From assembly GCA_964372755.1 (NCBI GenBank), contig CAYJQX010000005.1, positions 1-57,813 on the forward strand: a DNA stretch of 57,813 nucleotides, read 5' to 3'. Every line of letters starts with the position of its first letter. The first letter of the stretch is position 1. Positions 37,609-45,789 of this stretch are shown in pieces. This stretch comes from an uncultured Candidatus Saccharibacteria bacterium (lineage in GTDB: Bacteria > Patescibacteriota > Minisyncoccia > UBA9983). Made by a program: the position numbers and the translations under genes. The notes under the pieces were generated by a model. The model had not been told where the DNA came from. It saw nothing but the letters and a program-made list of their open reading frames with translations, and made no database searches.

Positions 37609-38391
37609 TCACACTTTGCTGTTCGGAGAGAAATATTTGTTTATCCCATCTACTTCTTCGGCGATCATGTCGCCAAATAGATTCGGGTAGCGTCCGATAA
37701 CAATTTCCGCTACTTGCGCAAAGACCAGCCGGATTTCCTCCTCGGCGCTCTCATGGGTGCGCATTTCAATCACCCATCGCAAGGCGCGCGGATTGGCCGA
37801 CCAGCCAATGGTGGTCGCAAGGCCTATCGGGGCGATGCGCCTCATCGCTGAAGTGATTACCTTCTTCTTGCCAAAATTGGACATTTTGTCCAATTTAAAA
37901 TATTCCGCTAGTTCCAGCTGAAGTTTTTCAAGTTCTTCAAAAGTCTCGGCAAAAATGGACATAGCTTTTTCGTCTTCTCGGATAACCGTCGGGAGCCATT
38001 GCCCGAGTTCCGTAAGACGAACAAACCGCAGACTCTCTTGGGAGATCGCCACCCCTTGGCGATGGCGAACCAGTTCGTGAGTAAAAACTCGCGAGACATC
38101 CGCAAAGACGAAGTTCAACATTGGATGCTCAATCACCGAACCGTGACGGGTTTTCAAAATATTCGCTATGTATTCATCATTGTGTTCGCGAATTTTTGTG
38201 ACGTTTTTGTTCATCCCCGGCTGAAAGCTCCGGTAACAAAGACGCCCCATTATTTCAATAATCTTCTCTGCGTCAGATGGGGCGTCTGACGTCCAATCGG
38301 AAATACCGAGATGATCCAAATACGCCTGCAGACCATCCTCAACAATTCTGGTCTCTCCGACCAAAAAAACCTTAGGTTCCACGGGATGCAT
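37609..38391 (-). CDS. thyX: FAD-dependent thymidylate synthase
   Basis: GRLCYRS, HGSVIEH, THELVRHR...SQESLRF ThyX motif. Confidence 0.95.
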   Translation of the reverse strand: MHPVEPKVFLVGETRIVEDGLQAYLDHLGISDWTSDAPSDAEKIIEIMGRLCYRSFQPGMNKNVTKIREHNDEYIANILKTRHGSVIEHPMLNFVFADVSRVFTHELVRHRQGVAISQESLRFVRLTELGQWLPTVIREDEKAMSIFAETFEELEKLQLELAEYFKLDKMSNFGKKKVITSAMRRIAPIGLATTIGWSANPRALRWVIEMRTHESAEEEIRLVFAQVAEIVIGRYPNLFGDMIAEEVDGINKYFSPNSKV

Positions 38392-38495
38392 TTTTTCCTC
38401 CTTGAAAGAGAATTAGAAATGATGGGAAAAATATCAAAAACCAAAAAACTGTGGCTAGGTTACCACGGTTTTTTGAGTAAAACAAGTATCTTAAA

Positions 38496-38918
38496 CTATT
38501 TGATCTCCACCCCCATTGAGCGAGCCGTGCCAGCAATAATTTTCTCCGCGGCTTCTATGTCGTTAGCGTTTAAATCGTCCATTTTCTTTTCAGCGATTTC
38601 TCTAAGCTGAGTTTTGGTAATTTTACCCGCTTTGCTCAACGCGTTTTTTCCAGATCCTTTGGAAATACCGGCGGCTTTTCGCAAAAGATCGGAAGCGGGA
38701 GGAGTTTTAAAAGTGAGCTCAAATGTCCTGTCCTCAAAAACCTTTATCTCCACAGGCACAATTTCACCCATTCTCTCTCTAGTTCCCTCATTAAAACGGG
38801 AAACGAAGTCGGCGATATTTAATCCATGCTGGCCCAAAGCCGGCCCGACTGGAGGAGCGGGTGTGACCTTTCCGGCCGGAATCTGAAGTTTTACGATTGT
38901 TTTGATTGATTTAGCCAT
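38496..38918 (-). CDS. rplK: 50S ribosomal protein L11
   Basis: [33 protein letters not shown]. Confidence 0.99.
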   Translation of the reverse strand: MAKSIKTIVKLQIPAGKVTPAPPVGPALGQHGLNIADFVSRFNEGTRERMGEIVPVEIKVFEDRTFELTFKTPPASDLLRKAAGISKGSGKNALSKAGKITKTQLREIAEKKMDDLNANDIEAAEKIIAGTARSMGVEIK

Positions 38919-38928
38919 AAAATTTATC

Positions 38929-39395
38929 CGACGCTAATACACAAATAATACGCACGAATGACACGAATTTAAATCCTTTCGGAAAAAATAATCCTTTTTG
39001 GTTTTAAGTATCTATTTCTAAAATTAACCACCAATCCTAGTTTGTATTTGGAAGCCTTCAAGTATCTAAGCATTTGATAATAGTCTTCTTTCTCGGTAAA
39101 GGGTTTGGCTTTCAAGTCCACCAATATCTTGCCTTCAATGGAGAAATCTACCTTATTAGTAGCCTTGTTGTCAATCAAGTCAACCGATATATTTTTCTCC
39201 CTTTCAAAAACCACTTCTGAAGCAACTAAAAGTTTCTCTAATGCGTCCGCATATTGGCGCTCTCTACAAAACCGACCCAATTCGTTATGAACCTTAAAAC
39301 ATAGACCAGAAATAGTATAAGAAAGCTCGGGGTATAAAATTGTCCTTTCCTTTTTACTATTCGTGTCATTCGAATCCATTAGCGTATTGGTGTCG
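38929..39395 (-). mobile_element. GxxExxY nuclease gene bracketed by ~40-bp imperfect inverted repeats (putative mobile cassette)
   Basis: Left arm 38929-38968 cgacgctaatacacaaataatacgcacgaatgacacgaat; right arm 39359-39395 attcgtgtcattcgaatccattagcgtattggtgtcg; interrupts the normally adjacent nusG-rplK. Confidence 0.6.
38969..39379 (-). CDS. GxxExxY family PD-(D/E)XK nuclease-like protein
   Basis: ILYPELSY.I.G..FKVHNELG...E.QY..AL; VDF.IE.KILVDLKA; QML.YLKAS...LGLVVNF. Confidence 0.9.
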   Translation of the reverse strand: MDSNDTNSKKERTILYPELSYTISGLCFKVHNELGRFCRERQYADALEKLLVASEVVFEREKNISVDLIDNKATNKVDFSIEGKILVDLKAKPFTEKEDYYQMLRYLKASKYKLGLVVNFRNRYLKPKRIIFSERI

Positions 39396-39397
39396 TG

Positions 39398-39943
39398 TTA
39401 TATTTTCTTCGCCTGCAAGAAATCTATTTCCACCGGCGTTTCGCGCCCAAAGATAGAGACAAGAATCTTGATTTTGCCACGCGCTTCGTCCACTTCGTTT
39501 ATTCTGCCTTCAAAATCTTTAAAAGGACCATCGGTAATTTTCACAATATCCCCTTCTTTTACGTCCAATTTATATTTCGGTTCTTCCACTCCCATGCGTT
39601 TGAACAGGGAATCTATTTCCTCTTTGGAAAGAGGGATTGGAGTTGTTCCACTGCCCACAAACCCAGTTACCCTTGGGGTGTTTCTCACCACATACCACGA
39701 GTCGTCCGAAACTATCATATCCACCAAGACATACCCCGGATAGATTTTTTCTTCTATCACCTGCCGTTTGCCTCCTTTAATTTTTATCTTTTTTTCTGTT
39801 GGCACCACTACTTCAAAAATTTCGTCCTCTTTTCCTAAAGATTCTATGCGCTGTTTTAAATTTCTTACCACAGCATCTTCATAACCAGAGTAGGTGTGGA
39901 TAGCGTACCAATTTCTGCCGGCTTGAACTTCTTGTCTTGCCAT
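39398..39943 (-). CDS. nusG: Transcription termination/antitermination factor NusG
   Basis: WYAIHTYSGYE, YPGYVLV, VRNTPRVTGFVG, KOW GPFKDFEG, FGRETPVE. Confidence 0.99.
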   Translation of the reverse strand: MARQEVQAGRNWYAIHTYSGYEDAVVRNLKQRIESLGKEDEIFEVVVPTEKKIKIKGGKRQVIEEKIYPGYVLVDMIVSDDSWYVVRNTPRVTGFVGSGTTPIPLSKEEIDSLFKRMGVEEPKYKLDVKEGDIVKITDGPFKDFEGRINEVDEARGKIKILVSIFGRETPVEIDFLQAKKI

Positions 39944-39963
39944 ATTTTTATTATTAATATTTT

Positions 39964-40149
39964 TTAAAAAATTGATAACTTTACAAGATAACTAAAAAGA
40001 AAATCAAAAGCGCCCAAGAAAATCGCCGCCACGAGAGAAAAAATAATCACCGCGATAGTGTAGTTTATAGACTCTTGCCTGGTAAGCCAACGGACATTTT
40101 TAAGCTCGCCTCTTGTTTCTTTTATGTAACTCGTTATTTTGTTGGCCAT
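39964..40149 (-). CDS. secE: Preprotein translocase subunit SecE
   Basis: ELKNVRWLTRQE plus single TM; upstream of nusG. Confidence 0.93.
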   Translation of the reverse strand: MANKITSYIKETRGELKNVRWLTRQESINYTIAVIIFSLVAAIFLGAFDFLFSYLVKLSIF

Positions 40150-40241
40150 AATATTAAATAAATTTGTTTAATTTAAAAAGCCCCTCGGGGCTCAATACCC
40201 ACAGTATACCCCTCCAAACAAACAAAGTCAATAAAAATTAG

Positions 40242-41255
40242 CTAATCGGGGGTTTCCTTCTGCGCTTTGTAATGAAAAAACCTTTCCGTAATCTGGCTTC
40301 CAACGACAGATACAATCAAAAGAGAAATATATAAACTTAGCATCTCTTCAAAAGGCAGAGGTGAAAAATTTAGAAATCCTAAAACAGCCACAGAATACCA
40401 CGAGGTAAGAGAAATCGCCCCCATGGCAAAAGCTATTCTTCTTAAGAGGTGAAGTTCTCCCGCTTGGTGTTCGTGTTTTTTATGGAAAGAGATTTTCACC
40501 AATCTGGGTGAAATTAAAAGATTCAAAAAAGCGCCGTTTATGATAATAATTCCTACCGCAATAATCTTTGTGAGGAATTTAGCTGAATGATTTAATTTTT
40601 CCGCCTCCGGCAAATACAAGGCAAGACCGCTTAATACGGCCAATCCCAGTCCGAACCAAATGACGTCCGAAACGACTTTCATAGTTTCTGACTCGCTCTC
40701 TGAAATCCTAAAATCTTTAAGAAATCGAAAAAAGAAAAGATCGGTAATAGTGGCGCCACCCACTCCCAAAGCAAAACCGATAAGATGAATAAAAACGGCC
40801 ATCTCCTTATATTGGGCGAGAAGATCTATTATATTAAAATCGGTAAGATAGATAGCGATAGAGAAAATAAAAGTCGTAATCGTGGCCGAACCAAGACACC
40901 ATGTGCACCATTCTCTTATGACCACGCCTTGAATAAAAGTAAGGTAAAGAGAAAAAAGAAAAGATCCCGCCGTAATCAGGAGAAAAACAAATTTCAGTTC
41001 AACGGAAATTAAGTTTTCAAAAGCAAGAAAAGCTCCATAATACAAAGCGAGAAAACCATAATAAAAAATCCCTATAACCTCAATAGGAACCCCGAAAAAT
41101 CTTGAGTAGTCGCTGTGAACCACATTGTCACAGCTTGAGCCTATCGGACAAACCAAAACTTCTGACGATTTTTTCTTGTGATAAATATAAAAAGAAATAG
41201 CCAGACCGCCAAAAGCCAAAAAAAGAGATAACACAAAAAAAGAAATTGTTTCCAT
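40242..41255 (-). CDS. Vitamin K epoxide reductase family protein with extra C-terminal membrane domain
   Basis: CPIGSSCDNVVHSDYS loop cysteines; CTWC CxxC. Confidence 0.85.
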   Translation of the reverse strand: METISFFVLSLFLAFGGLAISFYIYHKKKSSEVLVCPIGSSCDNVVHSDYSRFFGVPIEVIGIFYYGFLALYYGAFLAFENLISVELKFVFLLITAGSFLFSLYLTFIQGVVIREWCTWCLGSATITTFIFSIAIYLTDFNIIDLLAQYKEMAVFIHLIGFALGVGGATITDLFFFRFLKDFRISESESETMKVVSDVIWFGLGLAVLSGLALYLPEAEKLNHSAKFLTKIIAVGIIIINGAFLNLLISPRLVKISFHKKHEHQAGELHLLRRIAFAMGAISLTSWYSVAVLGFLNFSPLPFEEMLSLYISLLIVSVVGSQITERFFHYKAQKETPD

Positions 41256-41259
41256 TTAC

Positions 41260-42444
41260 CTAAATAATACCAGAGAGATATTTTTCTTGGAAATCGCTGT
41301 ATCTGTCATCTTTGATAGCCTCACGGATTTTCTTCATCAGATCGCTAAAAAAATAGATATTATGAATGGAGCCAAGCGCTTCGGCTTCGCCGTATTCTTT
41401 CGTTCCCTTTCCTGTCTTAAAGTAAGCCCGGAGTTCTCCGCGCGTAATTTTTCTTTTCTCACAAGAGAAACATTCGCAACCGTTCTCAAGTAAATTTTCG
41501 TCATTTTTGTATTGACTGGCCAAAACATTAACCCTTCCTTTGCTTGTCCATACTCCTCCGTGTCGGCCTTCTCTGGTCGGCACCACGCAATCAAAAGTAT
41601 CTATCCCTGCTTCTACTCCTTTAAAAACATCTTCAATCTTGCCGATACCCAACAGATGCCGAGGTTTACCTTCAGGCAAAAAAGGAACAGCCCAATCCAA
41701 CTCGCGGTAAGTCACCTCCTTGGAATCCCCGAATGACGAACCAAAAGCGCCACCCAAAGCAAAACCATCAAAAGGCATTTCGCTTATGGTTTTTGCGCTC
41801 TCTTTCCTTAATTCTTCATATGGTCCGCCTTGAACTATACCGTAGAGAAGCTGGCCGTTTTTAGATTTAGTCTCCAAACATCTCTTTGCCCAACGATGGG
41901 TGCGTTCCATCCTCTCCCGTGTTTTTTCCGCAGATTCCAAGGGAGAGCTTGGATCGTCAAAAGCAAAAATAATATCGGCTCCGAGAGCCTCCTGTATCCA
42001 TATAGATTTTTCCGGACTCAAAAAATAATCTATTCCCTCATCCTCAAAACGCACTCCGTTTTCGTTTACAACAACAGCGCTATTTTTCTTGTAACTATTC
42101 CCGTCACTCATGCCGATTTTCCCCACATTTTGCTCTTTGGCCACACCGAGACTAAAAACTTGAAACCCACCGGAATCCGTCATAATCGGTTTTTGCCAAT
42201 TAGACATTTCATGCAATCCAGAAAAATTTTTAAGACGATCTTCTCCCATATCCCGCCATAAATGATAAGTATTCATCATCAGAATTTCCGCCCCTGCTTC
42301 CATCAATTTTTCCGCATTCAAACCTTTTACAAACCCATGCGTGCCGACAATGGCGTACGAGGGCGTTTCCAAAACGCCGTGGGCTGTGTATATCTCCCCC
42401 GCTCTCGCCCGACTATCATTATCTTTATTTAAAACTTTGAACAT
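41260..42444 (-). CDS. tgt: Queuine tRNA-ribosyltransferase
   Basis: NTYHL, TDSGGFQVFSL, GIVQGG, PRHLLGIG, FDCVVPTR, CECFSC Zn site. Confidence 0.96.
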   Translation of the reverse strand: MFKVLNKDNDSRARAGEIYTAHGVLETPSYAIVGTHGFVKGLNAEKLMEAGAEILMMNTYHLWRDMGEDRLKNFSGLHEMSNWQKPIMTDSGGFQVFSLGVAKEQNVGKIGMSDGNSYKKNSAVVVNENGVRFEDEGIDYFLSPEKSIWIQEALGADIIFAFDDPSSPLESAEKTRERMERTHRWAKRCLETKSKNGQLLYGIVQGGPYEELRKESAKTISEMPFDGFALGGAFGSSFGDSKEVTYRELDWAVPFLPEGKPRHLLGIGKIEDVFKGVEAGIDTFDCVVPTREGRHGGVWTSKGRVNVLASQYKNDENLLENGCECFSCEKRKITRGELRAYFKTGKGTKEYGEAEALGSIHNIYFFSDLMKKIREAIKDDRYSDFQEKYLSGII

Positions 42445-42527
42445 TTCATTTTAGGGAAAGAGAAGTATTTTGAAAAGCAAAAAAGACCTCGTCATCACTA
42501 CAATAATGCAGTTATGTATTACATCCA

Positions 42528-42881
42528 TTATTTAGCTCCGAATGTATCCGACTCCTTCTCCAAAGATTTGGTAATCTTATTTTTTAGAATTACTATATCA
42601 GACAAAACAGTATTCCACACGACATCAATATCAACTTCAAAATAATCATGGATCGCCCTATCTCTAAAACCAGCAATATCTTTCCAAGGCAAATTGATGC
42701 TAGTTTTTGTCTCTGGTGATATTTTTTTTGATAACTCTCCGATCAGAGCCAGTTGCATAATTACAGCGCTTTGTGTTTTGGCGTCAGAAATAAAAATTTC
42801 TTTATCCATCTTCGCGGTAAATAATTCAACCTTGTCCACTGCCTCAAGTATCCTCTTTAAGTAGACTTCATCGCTTTTCAT
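42528..42881 (-). CDS. HEPN (DUF86/HepT-like) ribonuclease toxin
   Basis: IGE...PWKDIAGFRDRAIHDYF (RxxxxH); downstream of MNT gene. Confidence 0.9.
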   Translation of the reverse strand: MKSDEVYLKRILEAVDKVELFTAKMDKEIFISDAKTQSAVIMQLALIGELSKKISPETKTSINLPWKDIAGFRDRAIHDYFEVDIDVVWNTVLSDIVILKNKITKSLEKESDTFGAK

Positions 42882-43158
42882 ATACGGTTTTTATTTCCGG
42901 CAACACATATGGTTTTATGTGTTTGTTCAAACTTTTTTCCGTTATAAGATCAACTTTCCTCCCAAGAGATTTTTCAATGGCGCCAATTAACTCCATATAC
43001 AAAAACATGCCCATGGGTTTTCCCGGACGAATAAGTATATCAACATCACTTTCTGGTCTATCTTCTCCTCGAGAAACTGAGCCAAAAACACCGGCATATT
43101 CCACGCCATAAGAATCTAAAATCGGAGATATTTTTTCTTGTATATCGGATATCGTCAC
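42868..43158 (-). CDS. Minimal nucleotidyltransferase (MNT) antitoxin
   Basis: FGSVSRGE...SDVDILI, RKVDL; GTG start at 43158 preferred because a TATAAT lies in the longer extension. Confidence 0.9.
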   Translation of the reverse strand: MTISDIQEKISPILDSYGVEYAGVFGSVSRGEDRPESDVDILIRPGKPMGMFLYMELIGAIEKSLGRKVDLITEKSLNKHIKPYVLPEIKTVYEKR

Positions 43159-43208
43159 ACAAAAAATTATAGCATAAAACACCTAAAAACCATAATTCTA
43201 CCGATTTT

Positions 43209-43262
43209 TATTTCTCCCACTCCGGCTTTAGAATTTTTGTCCTTATTTAAAACTTTGAACAT
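43209..43262 (-). pseudogene. Remnant 5' end of tgt overlapping uvrC stop
   Basis: Encodes MFKVLNKDKNSKAGVGEI vs tgt MFKVLNKDNDSRARAGEI; 23 bp identical (43243-43265 = 42425-42447). Confidence 0.75.
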
Positions 43263-44583
43263 TTCGTATTTTTTTGTGGTAGCTGATGGCAAACCTGTGC
43301 GCTTCGTCGCGAAGGCGAATTAAGGTGATGGGCAAAACATTTTTAGGAATCGCGCCAATGAAGTCATTTCGCTTGCGCTCTGGCCCCTTAGCAATACCCA
43401 CCACAGGAATTTCATAACCATATTCGGCAAGCACTTCTTTCACGGCATTGACCTGTCCTTTCCCCCCGTCAATCAAAAAACAAACAGGCAGAGGCCACTG
43501 GTCATGATTCAACCGCCTGCGTAAAACTTCTTTAAGCATTCCCGTGTCCCCGCCAGTGGCTCGGGCAGGATTAGCGCCCTCTATCGTTTTTATTTTAAAC
43601 TTGCGGTAGTCACTTTTCTTCGGCTCGCCATCTTCAAAAACAACCATCACGCCCACAGCCGAAGTTCCCGAAATATTCGAGATATCATAGCCTTCAATCC
43701 TGGTATTTCGATTTTTTGGCTTAGTATTATTCGTGTCATTCGTATCCATTCGCGCTTGCCCGCCCATAGCTTCCCAGCGAAGGAGGGTATTGGTGTCGTC
43801 ATGAATTAACGCCACATCATTGATATGATTGATGGCGAAAACTTGGCGTTTTATTTTTTCGGCTTTCTCAAATTCAAGATTTCTGCTTGCCTTTTTCATC
43901 TCGGCTTCAAGATTTCGCAAAATCTTTTTCTTCTCGCCTTTGAAAAAAAGTTTTATGTTTGAAATATTTTTCGCGTAATCGGCTTTGGAAATTAAACCCG
44001 CGCAAGTGCCCGGGCAAAGCCCTATCTGATAATCAAAACAAGGTTTACCCCGCGGAGCTTCAGCAGAGTGGGGGCGACTTTCTGGATGAACGCTATAAGG
44101 AAAAATCCTACGGATAATCTTTAGCGCTTCGCGCAAACTGGATGAAGAAGTGAACGGGCCGAAATTCGTCCCTTTTGCCAAAATCCCTTTCTCTCTAATA
44201 ATCAAAACTCTCGGGAATTTGTCTTTGGTAATTTGAACATAAAGAAAGCTCTTGCCATCCTTCTCGCGGATATTAAATGGCGGTTGATACTTTTTAATCA
44301 ACTCCGCCTCGAGTATCAAAGCTTCTACAGCATTGGCTGTTTCGCGGTAATCAATTTTTGCAATTTGCCCCACCATCGCCTCAATCCGCGCGTCGTGAGG
44401 ATGAGTAAAATAACTCTCTACTCTTCTTTTGAGACTTGTGGCTTTGCCCACATAAAGGATTTTGGCATCCTTGTCACACATCAAATACACCCCGGGCGAT
44501 TCCGGCAAAACTCCATTTTTGATTTTTACTTGCCCCTTAAAGCTCTTTGAGCGAAGTAGGGATTGTTTTGGAACCTGCGACAT
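43243..44583 (-). CDS. uvrC: Excinuclease ABC subunit C (short, no HhH tail)
   Basis: PGVYLM...YVGKATSLKRRVESYF GIY-YIG; UVR coiled coil LEFEKAEKIK; RIEGYDISN; LIDGGKGQ; RDEAHRFA. Confidence 0.95.
   Translation of the reverse strand: MSQVPKQSLLRSKSFKGQVKIKNGVLPESPGVYLMCDKDAKILYVGKATSLKRRVESYFTHPHDARIEAMVGQIAKIDYRETANAVEALILEAELIKKYQPPFNIREKDGKSFLYVQITKDKFPRVLIIREKGILAKGTNFGPFTSSSSLREALKIIRRIFPYSVHPESRPHSAEAPRGKPCFDYQIGLCPGTCAGLISKADYAKNISNIKLFFKGEKKKILRNLEAEMKKASRNLEFEKAEKIKRQVFAINHINDVALIHDDTNTLLRWEAMGGQARMDTNDTNNTKPKNRNTRIEGYDISNISGTSAVGVMVVFEDGEPKKSDYRKFKIKTIEGANPARATGGDTGMLKEVLRRRLNHDQWPLPVCFLIDGGKGQVNAVKEVLAEYGYEIPVVGIAKGPERKRNDFIGAIPKNVLPITLIRLRDEAHRFAISYHKKIRNVQSFK
43730..43798. repeat. 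Single arm of inverted-repeat element (copy D) with nested 33-bp insert, in frame in uvrC
   Basis: 43735-43798 identical to 53679-53742 over 64 bp. Confidence 0.92.
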
Positions 44584-44648
44584 AACCGCATACTACACTT
44601 TTTACTGTGTGTCTGTCATCCAAAACCAAAATATATTAAAAATAGAAA

Positions 44649-44676
44649 GAGCCCCCGCGCAAGCGCGCGAGGGCTC
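44649..44676. other. GC-rich hairpin 3' of DGR-type variable region
   Basis: gagcccccgcgc-aagc-gcgcgagggctc; separated from the target stop by tandem CTTGA units. Confidence 0.7.
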
Positions 44677-44714
44677 AAGGATTCAAGAGGATCAAGTCCT
44701 CAAGGGTTCGAGGC

Positions 44715-45521
44715 TCAGAACTTCCGAGACGCCGAAACGCCCAAAACGGAGAACCGGAAGTCGTCCCAATAGCAGCTGACGCGGAGGCCGTCGGAATCGA
44801 AAGGGCCGACGAACACGCGAGCACCGCCCGAGCCGAAACTGCTGGTGCGAACGTAGATGTCCTCCAGCAGATAGTCGTCGTTGACGGCCTTATAAGTCGT
44901 GAGACCCCAGGTCGCTTCGGTGGCGTTCGGCACGGAGAGCGGCGTCTTGACCAACGCTTCCTGCTCCGACCAGTTCTTGGACAGCGAATCGTCGACCGGC
45001 TCCTTGCGAAGCGCAATCCAGACCGGCTTGGCCTTGTCGTTGCGGACGAACTTCTCGTTGGCCTTGTCGTACCAACCAGAATCGTCCTTGTCCGGCCCCT
45101 TCGAGTAGAAGTAGTCGGCGTGGATGGCGCGGATGTCGAGCATGGACATCGCCGTAGGCGGTCCCGCCACCAGCATCATGCCGGCATCACGGATCGCTTC
45201 GAGTGTTGCCTGGTCGGGCAGACGCTTACCGAGATCGATGAGCTGATCCTCGGTGTAGGTAAGACCGCGAGCCGTGGCGATCTGATCGGCAGAGATGAAA
45301 TCCTTGCCGAGAATCGTGCGAGCCAGCGTGTAATCCGGCAGCTTGGAAGTGAACCGGTTGATGCCGGCCACGACGTAGGCCTGGAACTCGCCGCCACGCT
45401 CGATAAGCCGCTGAAGACCATCCTTGTCGGGGTTAATCTCCTTGAGGGCGCGATTGCTCGCGTCCTCCACAAAACGTCCGAACTGCTTGGTCTGGTCGGA
45501 CGTGATCGATTGCATCGTCAT
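44715..45521 (-). CDS. DGR-type variable (CLec-fold-like) target protein 2
   Basis: C-terminus YVRTSS...RVFVGPFDSDGLRVSCYWDDFRFSVLGVSASRKF resembles CLec variable regions; NNY codons at variable sites; GC-rich. Confidence 0.78.
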   Translation of the reverse strand: MTMQSITSDQTKQFGRFVEDASNRALKEINPDKDGLQRLIERGGEFQAYVVAGINRFTSKLPDYTLARTILGKDFISADQIATARGLTYTEDQLIDLGKRLPDQATLEAIRDAGMMLVAGPPTAMSMLDIRAIHADYFYSKGPDKDDSGWYDKANEKFVRNDKAKPVWIALRKEPVDDSLSKNWSEQEALVKTPLSVPNATEATWGLTTYKAVNDDYLLEDIYVRTSSFGSGGARVFVGPFDSDGLRVSCYWDDFRFSVLGVSASRKF

Positions 45522-45583
45522 CGTCGTATCCTTTCTAGGTTGAATTGCCCGAAACGCCCGGGTGGACGACTCGCCCCAAAGAT

Positions 45584-45632
45584 GAGACGAGTGTTTTAGG
45601 GGCTATATTTCAGCCCTCAAAACACTCGTCTC
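45584..45632. repeat. 21-bp inverted repeat upstream of DGR target 2
   Basis: gagacgagtgttttaggggct-atatttc-agccctcaaaacactcgtctc. Confidence 0.85.
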
Positions 45633-45735
45633 AACCAAATATGCTTTAAGGAACTCTTGGGTTAGCTAAGCATGATGAGTCTATTTTGTCAATTTTTTTT
45701 CCCTTGTCCAACAATCAGTGTTGTGAAAAACAAAA

Positions 45736-45765
45736 ATCGGCTCGTTTATAAAAACCCGAGCCGAT
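45736..45765 (-). terminator. Terminator of orphan membrane gene
   Basis: atcggctcg...cgagccgat with adjacent A-tract on + strand. Confidence 0.6.
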
Positions 45766-45789
45766 ATTATTTGTGACACTTTCCCAACA

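Noticed and set aside
44675-45599. Overlapping ORFs 44675-45016, 45120-45599 and 45176-45472
   Set aside because: Antisense or alternate-frame shadows of GC-rich target 2
19510-45700. Complete DGR cassette or prophage within the window
   Set aside because: No reverse transcriptase, AAC-rich template repeat, integrase or virion genes were seen
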